From contig CANPXE010000007.1 of NCBI GenBank assembly GCA_947585665.1, positions 20,438 to 84,437 of the forward strand: a stretch of 64,000 bases of DNA. The letters are read 5' to 3'. Within the stretch, counting starts at the first letter, position 1, and every line of letters begins with the position of its first letter. Made by a program: the position numbers and the translations under genes. The notes under the pieces were generated by a model. The model was not told the origin of the DNA. It made no database searches and saw nothing but the letters and a program-made list of their open reading frames with translations. This stretch comes from an uncultured Bacilli bacterium (GTDB lineage Bacteria > Bacillota_I > Bacilli_A > RF39 > UBA660). Below are positions 41,810 to 49,675 of the stretch, one piece after another.

Positions 41810-43174
41810 ATGAGTAATCAAGATAAGTTCAAAGAGTTTCGTAATGAATACGATACATTTGTATATGAAAAATATGAAATTACTTATGATGAAGAAAATA
41901 TGAATATTAAGTATTATTTTGATATTCCTAATTTAACATCTTTTTATCCTCAAATTAAGATTAAGAAAAAAGATATTTTAAATAAAAATATCGTTGATGA
42001 ATATTTAGAAACTTTAGTTTTTCATATTGGTTTAGTCGAATTGGTTAGTTATTTTAAATGTACTTGTAGTCCTAATGTCATTATAAAAGCAGGTTATATT
42101 TCCGAAGAACAGATTAAATGGTTTAAAAAGTTATATTATAATGGCTTAGGTGAATTTTTATATAAAAATGGTATTGATGTCGATGAAGATGAACTAATGA
42201 ATATAACTTGTTTATGTGAAGAAAAGAAATTACCTAAAATAAATTATTTAGGAAATGGTAACTTAATACCGGTTGGTGGAGGAAAAGATTCTTGTGTCAG
42301 TCTTGAAATTTTAAAAGATGAAGAAAATAATTCTTGTTTTATCATTAATCCTAAAACGCCTTCTTTAGAGTGTAGTAAAATCGCCGGATATAATGATGAA
42401 AAAATCGTTTGCGTTGAAAGAATATTAGACCGTAAAATTGTTGAATTAAATGAAAAGGGATTTTTAAATGGTCATACGCCATTTAGTTCGTTGGTGGCTT
42501 TTTTATCATATCTAGTTTGTTACTTACAAAATAAGAAAAACATTATTCTATCAAATGAAGCAAGCGCTAATGAAGCTACTGTAATAGGTACTAATATCAA
42601 TCATCAATACTCTAAGAGTTTTGAATTTGAAAAAGATTTTTTTAATTACGTATCAAAATATTTTAATTTAGATATTCACTATTTTAGTTTACTTCGTGGT
42701 ATCTCTGAATTCCAAATAGGTAAATTGTTTTCGCATTATGAAAAATATCATTCTCTTTTCAAAAGTTGTAACTTAGGAAGTAAAGAAAAGGAATGGAAGT
42801 GGTGCTGCAATTGTCCAAAATGCTTATTTGTCTTTATTATTTTAAGTCCTTTCTTATATCGTGATAAATTAGTTACTATCTTTGGACAGGATTTATATGA
42901 GAGAAAAGATTTATTAGATACCTTCATTGAAACAATCGGTTATAGTGAGACAAAACCATTTGAGTGTGTTGGTACTTATGAAGAAGCAAGATATGCCGTT
43001 AGTTTATTGATTAATAAATTAGATAAAAAAGATTTACCATATTTATTAAAATACTACTTAGAACATTATGATTTGGAATTGGATGGTAAAGATATTTTAA
43101 GTTATAATGATGATAATAATATAGATGAATATTTTGAAAAATTAGTAAAGAAAGAATTGATGAAACATGTATAA
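41810..43174 (+). CDS. PP-loop ATP-pyrophosphatase-fold protein with C-terminal Cys cluster; candidate MurL-type UDP-MurNAc-L-Ala-L-Glu epimerase
   Basis: NLIPVGGGKDSCVS (cf. SGGxDS PP-loop), NGHTPFSS, INHQYSKS, FKSCN and WKWCCNCPKCLF. An 8-nt overlap joins it to the following MurD-type ligase. Confidence 0.5.
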   Translation: MSNQDKFKEFRNEYDTFVYEKYEITYDEENMNIKYYFDIPNLTSFYPQIKIKKKDILNKNIVDEYLETLVFHIGLVELVSYFKCTCSPNVIIKAGYISEEQIKWFKKLYYNGLGEFLYKNGIDVDEDELMNITCLCEEKKLPKINYLGNGNLIPVGGGKDSCVSLEILKDEENNSCFIINPKTPSLECSKIAGYNDEKIVCVERILDRKIVELNEKGFLNGHTPFSSLVAFLSYLVCYLQNKKNIILSNEASANEATVIGTNINHQYSKSFEFEKDFFNYVSKYFNLDIHYFSLLRGISEFQIGKLFSHYEKYHSLFKSCNLGSKEKEWKWCCNCPKCLFVFIILSPFLYRDKLVTIFGQDLYERKDLLDTFIETIGYSETKPFECVGTYEEARYAVSLLINKLDKKDLPYLLKYYLEHYDLELDGKDILSYNDDNNIDEYFEKLVKKELMKHV

Positions 43175-44528
43175 AAAAATTGTTGAGAAGTTAAGAAATA
43201 AAAAAATTGCTATTTTGGGATTTGGTAAAGAAGGACAATCTACTTATCGTTTTATTCGTAAATATTTAAAAGACCAATTTATTACTATTCTTGATTTAAA
43301 AGATGTAAGAGATAATGATTTACTAGCTAACGATAAAAATTTAGAAATTGTTTTTGGTGATAAATATTTAGATAACTTAGATCAATTTGATTTAATTATT
43401 AAAGCTCCAGGAATAAGTTTAAAAGATTTAAAAGATGAAGAAGTAAGAAAAAAAATAACTTCCCAATTAGAATTATTACTTGAAGTTAATCGCCAAAATA
43501 TAATTGGTATTACAGGAACAAAGGGAAAGAGTACAACGACTAGCCTTTTATATCAAGTTTTTAAAGATCAAAATAGAGATGTCTATTTGCTTGGTAATAT
43601 TGGTATACCTGTTTTAGATCAAATTGAAGAATATAAGGATGATACGACATTGATAATTGAGATGTCATCACATCAATTAGAATTTATAGAAGTATCACCA
43701 CACATTGCGATAGTTTTAAATCTTTTTCAAGATCATTTGGATCATGATGGTGACTTAGAACATTATCATAGCAATAAAATGAATATTTATAATTACCAAG
43801 ATAGTTCTGATATTATGATTTATTCTGATGACAATGAATATCTTCATAATCGTGTTGTTAATGGAAACTTTAAAGGACAACACTATGATATTCGTTTTGA
43901 TGATAGCCCTAAAAAAGGTAATTCCGTTCGTCTTAAAGATAATAAAATTTATTATCAAGATGAAGTATTATATGAAGATGGTAAAAGAGAACTTGTCGGT
44001 AACCATAACTTAAATAATATTATGTTTGTCGTTTTAGTAGCTAAATTAATGGGCTTAGACTTAAAGAAAGCTAAAGACACGATTAGCACTTTTAAAGGAT
44101 TAAAATATCGTATGGAAAAGATTGGTACTTTTGATGAGATAATTTATTATAATGATACGATTGCGACTATTCCGGAAGCAACGATAAGTGCAATAGAAGC
44201 TTTAAAAGATGTTGATACTTTAATCTTTGGTGGTATGGATCGTGGTATCGAATATGGAAATTTCATAGATTACTTAAAAAATTGTCATATTAGAAATCTT
44301 GTTTGTATGCCAACAACTGGATATAACATTGGTAAAATACTAGAAAAAGAAAGTAATAAAAATATTTTCTTTGCTGAAACACTTCAAGAAGCTTATGATA
44401 TAAGCAAGAATAAAACAGAAAGAGGAAAGATTTGCCTTCTTTCACCAGCTGCCTCAAGTTATGAATACTTTAAAAACTTTGAAGAGAAGGGAAAATGTTT
44501 TGAAGAAATAGTAAGAGGTGAAAAATAA
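43167..44528 (+). CDS. murD: MurD-type Mur ligase (UDP-N-acetylmuramoyl-L-alanine:glutamate ligase; possibly MurD2-type)
   Basis: N-terminal Rossmann ILGFGKEGQS, P-loop GITGTKGKSTTTSLL, NLFQDHLDHDG, GNHNLNN and C-terminal domain NDTIATIPEAT...LSPAASSYEYFKNFEEKG. Confidence 0.85.
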   Translation: MYKKIVEKLRNKKIAILGFGKEGQSTYRFIRKYLKDQFITILDLKDVRDNDLLANDKNLEIVFGDKYLDNLDQFDLIIKAPGISLKDLKDEEVRKKITSQLELLLEVNRQNIIGITGTKGKSTTTSLLYQVFKDQNRDVYLLGNIGIPVLDQIEEYKDDTTLIIEMSSHQLEFIEVSPHIAIVLNLFQDHLDHDGDLEHYHSNKMNIYNYQDSSDIMIYSDDNEYLHNRVVNGNFKGQHYDIRFDDSPKKGNSVRLKDNKIYYQDEVLYEDGKRELVGNHNLNNIMFVVLVAKLMGLDLKKAKDTISTFKGLKYRMEKIGTFDEIIYYNDTIATIPEATISAIEALKDVDTLIFGGMDRGIEYGNFIDYLKNCHIRNLVCMPTTGYNIGKILEKESNKNIFFAETLQEAYDISKNKTERGKICLLSPAASSYEYFKNFEEKGKCFEEIVRGEK

Positions 44529-44653
44529 TGGAAAAACTACAAAAAGAAGAAGAATTAGAAGATCAATTAGATAAACTTCGTGACTATGGTTTTAATGTTG
44601 ATGAATTAGTTGATATGATGAATAATGAAGACGAAAATGAAGAAGAAGAATAA
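44528..44653 (+). CDS. Possible 41-aa highly acidic micro-protein, translationally coupled to murD (TAATG)
   Basis: Hand translation gives MEKLQKEEELEDQLDKLRDYGFNVDELVDMMNNEDENEEEE*. The ATG shares its A with the murD stop. It is below the ORF-track length cut-off. Confidence 0.3.
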   Translation: MEKLQKEEELEDQLDKLRDYGFNVDELVDMMNNEDENEEEE

Positions 44654-44715
44654 TGATTAATATTGATTTTAGATTAAAAAAATGATATATCTATTATGAT
44701 AAATGGGGTGATACA

Positions 44716-45210
44716 ATGGATTATTATTCTGGAACACCTGAACCTGAAAACTATAGTTATACAAGTCCAGGTTCTAATGAAAATCCTAATGATAATGATG
44801 ATAATAATAGTTTCTTTAAAACCCATTATAATGCCATAATGATTGGACTTGCTTTTGTGACTGCCATCTTAATCTTAATCTTAATTTTAACAGGAAGCAC
44901 TTCTAGTAAAGGTGATGATGGCAAAGCATTAGATAATAATAGTAATTTATCAGAACTTGTAGTTACTGGTGGTACAATGACACCTGATTTTATGTCTGGG
45001 ACAATCAATTATACAATTAGAGCTAAAACGAATAAAATTAATTTTTCTTGTAAGACTGTTAGTGAAGATTCAACCGTTTTTGGTTGTGATGATGAAATAA
45101 CTGTAACGTCTGATAAAATTACACATGAGATTGTTGTTACATCAAAAAATGGTAAAAAGACAACCTATTATTTAACGATAGTTAAAGCCCAAGATTTTCA
45201 AGAAGAGTGA
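44716..45210 (+). CDS. Membrane-anchored protein with cadherin-like beta-sandwich domain
   Basis: Pro/Asn/Asp-rich N-terminus, TM (AIMIGLAFVTAILILILILTG), then LSELVVTGGTMTPDFMSGTINYTIRA, typical of the 'cadherin-like beta sandwich' repeat. Confidence 0.6.
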   Translation: MDYYSGTPEPENYSYTSPGSNENPNDNDDNNSFFKTHYNAIMIGLAFVTAILILILILTGSTSSKGDDGKALDNNSNLSELVVTGGTMTPDFMSGTINYTIRAKTNKINFSCKTVSEDSTVFGCDDEITVTSDKITHEIVVTSKNGKKTTYYLTIVKAQDFQEE

Positions 45211-45222
45211 TCTTCTTTTTTT
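45200..45222 (+). terminator. Rho-independent terminator (stop codon in loop)
   Basis: AAGAAGA-GTGA-TCTTCTT followed by TTTTT. Confidence 0.7.
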
Positions 45223-45286
45223 CTTTTTCTAAAAAAATTGTTTTTATGTCTTTCTTTTGTTATAATATTATTTGTTTGAAGTTATT

Positions 45287-45362
45287 GCTGAAATAGCTCA
45301 GTTGGTAGAGCAACTCCCTCGTAAAGAGTAGGTCGCAGGTTCAAGTCCTGTTTTCAGCACCA
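45287..45362 (+). tRNA. tRNA-Thr (anticodon CGT), CCA encoded
   Basis: Hand-folded cloverleaf. Acceptor GCTGAAA/TTTCAGC, D-arm GCTC-AGTTGGTA-GAGC, anticodon loop CT-CGT-AA, T-arm GCAGG-TTCAAGT-CCTGT, discriminator A plus CCA. Promoter TTGTTT-17-TATAAT lies at 45238-45266. Confidence 0.9.
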
Positions 45363-45371
45363 TTAAGAATA

Positions 45372-45400
45372 AAAATCGATAATGAAAATCGATTTTTTTT
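45372..45400 (+). terminator. Rho-independent terminator after tRNA-Thr
   Basis: AAAATCGAT-AATGAAA-ATCGATTTT followed by TTTT. Confidence 0.8.
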
Positions 45401-45433
45401 AATTTAAATTTATTCTTGTTCGATTGTTTTTAT

Positions 45434-45452
45434 CGAAAATACGTTCTATAAT
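45434..45452 (+). promoter_or_regulatory. Cheo/LexA-box-like operator abutting the -10 of the Y-family polymerase gene
   Basis: CGAAAATACGTTCT (45434-45447) against the Firmicute LexA consensus CGAACATATGTTCG (GAAA/GTTC half-sites). TATAAT at 45447-45452 overlaps its last base. Confidence 0.5.
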
Positions 45453-45468
45453 GTAATTGGTGGTGGGT

Positions 45469-46659
45469 ATGGAGAAAAATATTATTTTTCATATTGATAT
45501 TAATAATGCTTTTCTTTCTTGGACAGCTGTTAAATTGTTAAATGAAGGATATAAAGAAGATATTAGAACTATTCCTTCAATTATTGGTGGCGATGAAGAA
45601 AAGCGTAAAGGAATTGTGCTTGCCAAATCACCAGTCGCAAAAACTTATGGCATAAAAACAGCTGAAACGATTTATAGTGCTAAAAAGAAATGTCCAAAGT
45701 TACAAATCTTTCCACCAGATATGAAATATTACAGCTCTACATCTAAAAAGTTTTTTAAGTATTTAGAAAAATATACACCAGATATCGAAAAACTATCAAT
45801 TGATGAATGCTTTATGGATATGTCTAACTCAACTTATTTATATGATGATTTAATCCTTCTTGCTTATGCCATAAAAGATGATGTCTACAAGAAGTTTGGC
45901 TTTACTGTGAACATTGGTATTTCCACTAGTCGTGTTTGCGCTAAAATGGCTTCTGATATGGAAAAGCCCAATAAAGTTCATACGCTTTTTTTGAATGAGA
46001 TTAAAAACAAAATGTGGCCTCTTTCTGTCGATGAATTATACATGGTTGGACGACATAGTGCCAAAAAACTTCACGATATAGGTATTCATACAATTGGCGA
46101 ACTTGCGCAAACTGATGAAAAGACACTCATTAAAATTTTTAATAAATATGGAACGACTATGTGGAATTACGCTAATGGGATAAGCGATGATTTATCAACA
46201 AAAAGTGTGAAAAAAAACAAATGCATTAGTACTAGTGAAACTTTTTCCACTGATATTGGGGAAAAAAATAAATTAATTCAAATTCTTTTTCAACAAGTTG
46301 ATACTCTTTGTAAGGAATTGCGTAAGAAAAAACTTTATACTAATACTATCGCTATTACGTATAAAACAGCTGACTTTATAAGTTATTCCAAACAGATGAC
46401 TATTTTTACTGTCACTAATTCAACCGAAGAAATATGTAAGTATATTGTCAATCTTTTAGAAGCTAGTTGGAATGATGAATTACTTCGTAGTATTGGTGTT
46501 CGTTTTTCTAATTTGACTAATAAAAAACAAAAACAAATATCTATTTTTAACGATGAAAAACAAGAGGAACAAAGTACTATAGTACAAGATACCATGGATA
46601 AGATTAATGACAAGTATGGAGCATCCGTCATTCGCCAAGCTAATTTATTTACTAAATGA
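45469..46659 (+). CDS. dinB: Y-family translesion DNA polymerase (DinB/UvrX-like)
   Basis: IFHIDINNAFLSW (catalytic Asp region), SIDECFMD, little-finger region and HhH-like LYMVGRHSAKKLHDIGIHTIGEL. ATG at 45469 follows GGTGGTGGG. Confidence 0.88.
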   Translation: MEKNIIFHIDINNAFLSWTAVKLLNEGYKEDIRTIPSIIGGDEEKRKGIVLAKSPVAKTYGIKTAETIYSAKKKCPKLQIFPPDMKYYSSTSKKFFKYLEKYTPDIEKLSIDECFMDMSNSTYLYDDLILLAYAIKDDVYKKFGFTVNIGISTSRVCAKMASDMEKPNKVHTLFLNEIKNKMWPLSVDELYMVGRHSAKKLHDIGIHTIGELAQTDEKTLIKIFNKYGTTMWNYANGISDDLSTKSVKKNKCISTSETFSTDIGEKNKLIQILFQQVDTLCKELRKKKLYTNTIAITYKTADFISYSKQMTIFTVTNSTEEICKYIVNLLEASWNDELLRSIGVRFSNLTNKKQKQISIFNDEKQEEQSTIVQDTMDKINDKYGASVIRQANLFTK

Positions 46660-46739
46660 TGTAAACATAAATTTTTTTTAAATAAAATTATTAATATTAG
46701 TAAACAATATTGTTATAATTAAAATAAGGTAGGTATTAT

Positions 46740-47681
46740 ATGAATATTGATCAAGCAAATATTAATGAATTTTTAAATAAATATGTTAGTTTTACTGATA
46801 GGATTTGTGAACAAAACAATTATCCTAATAACATTCGTCATGTTTTATATTTAATTATTCCGGCTTTTATAATTAAGTATGGTTTAAAACATGAAAATAT
46901 GATTATGAGTTGTTTTGAAAAGGTAAAGATATATATCAGTGAAAAAGAAGATAATGTTTGTACTGCTTATTTTACACGTTCTCTTCATCAAAATAGGGAA
47001 GGTGTTACACCTAAATACTTTACAGATAAAGCTGTCGTCTTACGCCAATATCATAGCGCATCTCTAATCGATATGTTGGACAATGTCATTCATGAATTCA
47101 ATCACGCTGTTAACTCAATGATAAATGAGATAAAGTATGATGATAAAACTGTTAGTATGCGCACAGGACTAGCTTATTTATCATATGACGTCAATGATTT
47201 ATTACACTTAAAAGAGAAGAGTAAAGATTTAACTCTAGAGGAAATAATAAATGTTAAACAGACAGAGGATATAATTAATGTTCTTCGATCTTTTGCCAAT
47301 TACGAAATCACTAATGAAGAATTCAATAATGCCTTTTATAGTATTAGACAATCCATAAATGGCGAATACACTTCTAATGCTTATTATCTTCAATCTTTTA
47401 TTTGTAAAGAACTTATGAAAAATAAAACTTTTATTCCTACGATTGAAAACTTACGTTTAAATGGTAATGTTGATGATATTGCTTCTTGGTTTGATAATGT
47501 AACTGGTGAAGAAGGAAGCTATGGAAAACTTACAAGTCTTCTACAAAAAATACTTGAAGAAGAAGAAAAATTAGAAAAAACAAAACTATTTAAAAATCGT
47601 AAGATAAATAAGATTCGTTCGCAAATGAACTTAGTTATGGAAATTATTCAAACTTATGAAAGTAATTGTATATTTAAATAG
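46740..47681 (+). CDS. Hypothetical protein with HExxH zinc-metallopeptidase-like motif
   Basis: VIHEFNHAVNS (HEXXH) at about aa 118-122. No signal peptide, and nothing else is recognisable. Confidence 0.5.
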   Translation: MNIDQANINEFLNKYVSFTDRICEQNNYPNNIRHVLYLIIPAFIIKYGLKHENMIMSCFEKVKIYISEKEDNVCTAYFTRSLHQNREGVTPKYFTDKAVVLRQYHSASLIDMLDNVIHEFNHAVNSMINEIKYDDKTVSMRTGLAYLSYDVNDLLHLKEKSKDLTLEEIINVKQTEDIINVLRSFANYEITNEEFNNAFYSIRQSINGEYTSNAYYLQSFICKELMKNKTFIPTIENLRLNGNVDDIASWFDNVTGEEGSYGKLTSLLQKILEEEEKLEKTKLFKNRKINKIRSQMNLVMEIIQTYESNCIFK

Positions 47682-47711
47682 ACCACTATTTTTTAAGTGG
47701 TCTATTTTTTT
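47678..47711. terminator. Bidirectional terminator overlapping both convergent stop codons
   Basis: ATAGACCACT (47678-47687), an 8-nt loop, AGTGGTCTAT (47696-47705) and then TTTTTT. The TAG of the + gene and the CTA (TAG) of the - gene lie inside the stem. Confidence 0.7.
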
Positions 47712-48966
47712 CAAATAAATCTTCATTGGTAAATATTTCTTTTTTGATGACATTACTATTTTTCTTTTTAAATTCACTATTTAAGTAATAATAATATGCT
47801 CCAGGAGTAATAAAACCATTTAAGTGAATGATATCACTACCAACAACTCCTAAAACGTTATCGACTAATTTAACACAGTTTGTCCATGGAGCAAAATAGA
47901 TGCGATATGAACTCTCATTGAATTTATAAAACTTAGCTTTAGTAGCACGATATAGGCAACTAGCATAGTCATCATACTCTTTACTATCGTCTAATTCTTG
48001 AACACATTTCCAACGATATGTATAACTTTCAATTTTTTCTAATTCTTTTTGCACACGCATCTTTTGTTTATCAGTTAGAGTTATTCCAAAAACAAAAATA
48101 GTTTTTTTAGAGTGTTCAGCACAAAATCTCAAATATTTCTTTTTATTATTAACTGTAAATAGAACTCCATCACCAATGGTATCAAAAAGTTTCTTAGAGT
48201 CTTCATCATAATGGCCATAAGAATAAACTTTATTATTGAAACATAAATCAGCATGTCCAAACTTTCCAATATTACTATCTTTAACAGCAATAAATATCTC
48301 TAAATCGACTTTACCACTGACGTCTTTATTGATCTTAACGCTTGTTACTTCTTTACTTAAAATTTTATTTATTCTTGTATAAAAAGCATATGGTATGAAA
48401 ATAGATAGAATTTTAGGCATCGTAATTCTTAAACGCCTTTTACCGATTTTAAAATGTCGTTCTTCTAGATAATCAATAAAATAGTTAATGCTAATTGAAA
48501 TAAAATAAATACCTAAAATATATGTTAGTGTTTTAATACTCTTTAATGGATTGAAAATGACAATAAGACTAAATACTAAGTCAAGGATAAAGTTAAAGAA
48601 GATACGATAGAAACCTTTAAAACCATTGATTTTATATACGATGAAGGTCGCTAATTTAATTAATCCTGATAAAAATATATAAGTTCCAAAGATAATGGGA
48701 AAGATAGCCAAAAAACTAGGAGCATTATTCAAGAAGAAGAACCCAATAAAAGTCATTAAAATAGATATCGTTGTGTTTTGTAAGTTTTTCTTATGAATAA
48801 TATTTAAGATTGAAGAAACGATACCAATAATAATAATTGACGTTGTAACGGTTACATGAAAAAAATGAATTGATTTAGTTGGAACAGAAATCAAAATAAT
48901 TCCTAAGACAAGAAAAATCAAAGTATTACACAATAAAGCAATGTTTGAAATAATACGTTCTTTCAT
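47686..48966 (-). CDS. Polytopic membrane protein (5-6 TM, HdeD/DUF308-like N-half) fused to a C-terminal soluble domain of unknown function
   Basis: Repeated hydrophobic helices occupy the N-terminal ~200 aa. The C-half contains FGHADLCFNNKVYSYGHYD and WTNCVKLVD motifs. ATG at 48966 follows GAGGAG; the track start at 49002 is a TTG. Confidence 0.6.
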   Translation of the reverse strand: MKERIISNIALLCNTLIFLVLGIILISVPTKSIHFFHVTVTTSIIIIGIVSSILNIIHKKNLQNTTISILMTFIGFFFLNNAPSFLAIFPIIFGTYIFLSGLIKLATFIVYKINGFKGFYRIFFNFILDLVFSLIVIFNPLKSIKTLTYILGIYFISISINYFIDYLEERHFKIGKRRLRITMPKILSIFIPYAFYTRINKILSKEVTSVKINKDVSGKVDLEIFIAVKDSNIGKFGHADLCFNNKVYSYGHYDEDSKKLFDTIGDGVLFTVNNKKKYLRFCAEHSKKTIFVFGITLTDKQKMRVQKELEKIESYTYRWKCVQELDDSKEYDDYASCLYRATKAKFYKFNESSYRIYFAPWTNCVKLVDNVLGVVGSDIIHLNGFITPGAYYYYLNSEFKKKNSNVIKKEIFTNEDLFEKNRPLKK

Positions 48967-49034
48967 GAGCCATCTCCTCATATATATTCTATCATACTTC
49001 AAGTTTATGTGATAGAATATAAATGGTGAACTAA

Positions 49035-49571
49035 ATGAATAAATTTATTAAAGAAGAGGAAAAATATAGGGGAAAAAGGTTTTTTGTCGTTGAAAAGACT
49101 TATGAGAATAAAGAAGGTCATGAGTACATTCGTGATGTTGTTGTGACAAATGATGCGGTTGTTATTTTGGCCCTTGATGAAGAAGACAACGTTTTATTTA
49201 TTCGTCAACTTCGTGAAGTGATTGGAAAAGAAACGCTAGAGTTACCAGCTGGTATCATTGAAGATGGTGAAAACATTGAAGATAGTGCTTATCGTGAACT
49301 AGAGGAAGAGACAGGTTATCGTGCCGAAAAAATGGAATATCTTGGTTACTTCTATTCTTCTTGTGGTTTTTGTACAGAAAAAATCTATCTTTATCTAGCG
49401 ACTAATCTTAAAAAAGGTAGTCCTAAAATCGATGAATTTGAAGTCATTGATGAAGTCATTAAGATACCTTTAAAAGAATGTTATTCCATGCTTGAAAAAA
49501 ATGAATTGATATATGCTAGTCAAAATATTGCTTTGGCTTTATATTACTTTCAAAAAAGGCCTAAAATATAA
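49035..49571 (+). CDS. NUDIX hydrolase (ADP-ribose pyrophosphatase-like)
   Basis: Nudix box GIIEDGENIEDSAYRELEEETGY. Confidence 0.85.
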   Translation: MNKFIKEEEKYRGKRFFVVEKTYENKEGHEYIRDVVVTNDAVVILALDEEDNVLFIRQLREVIGKETLELPAGIIEDGENIEDSAYRELEEETGYRAEKMEYLGYFYSSCGFCTEKIYLYLATNLKKGSPKIDEFEVIDEVIKIPLKECYSMLEKNELIYASQNIALALYYFQKRPKI

Positions 49572-49675
49572 TTTTAAAAAGGTAATATTTCTTGAATATC
49601 ATCTTTTTTAATGGTATTATCAAAGTATAAGGATAATAGATTTTATTACGAATATATAAAGAAGTAGGTGGTAGG

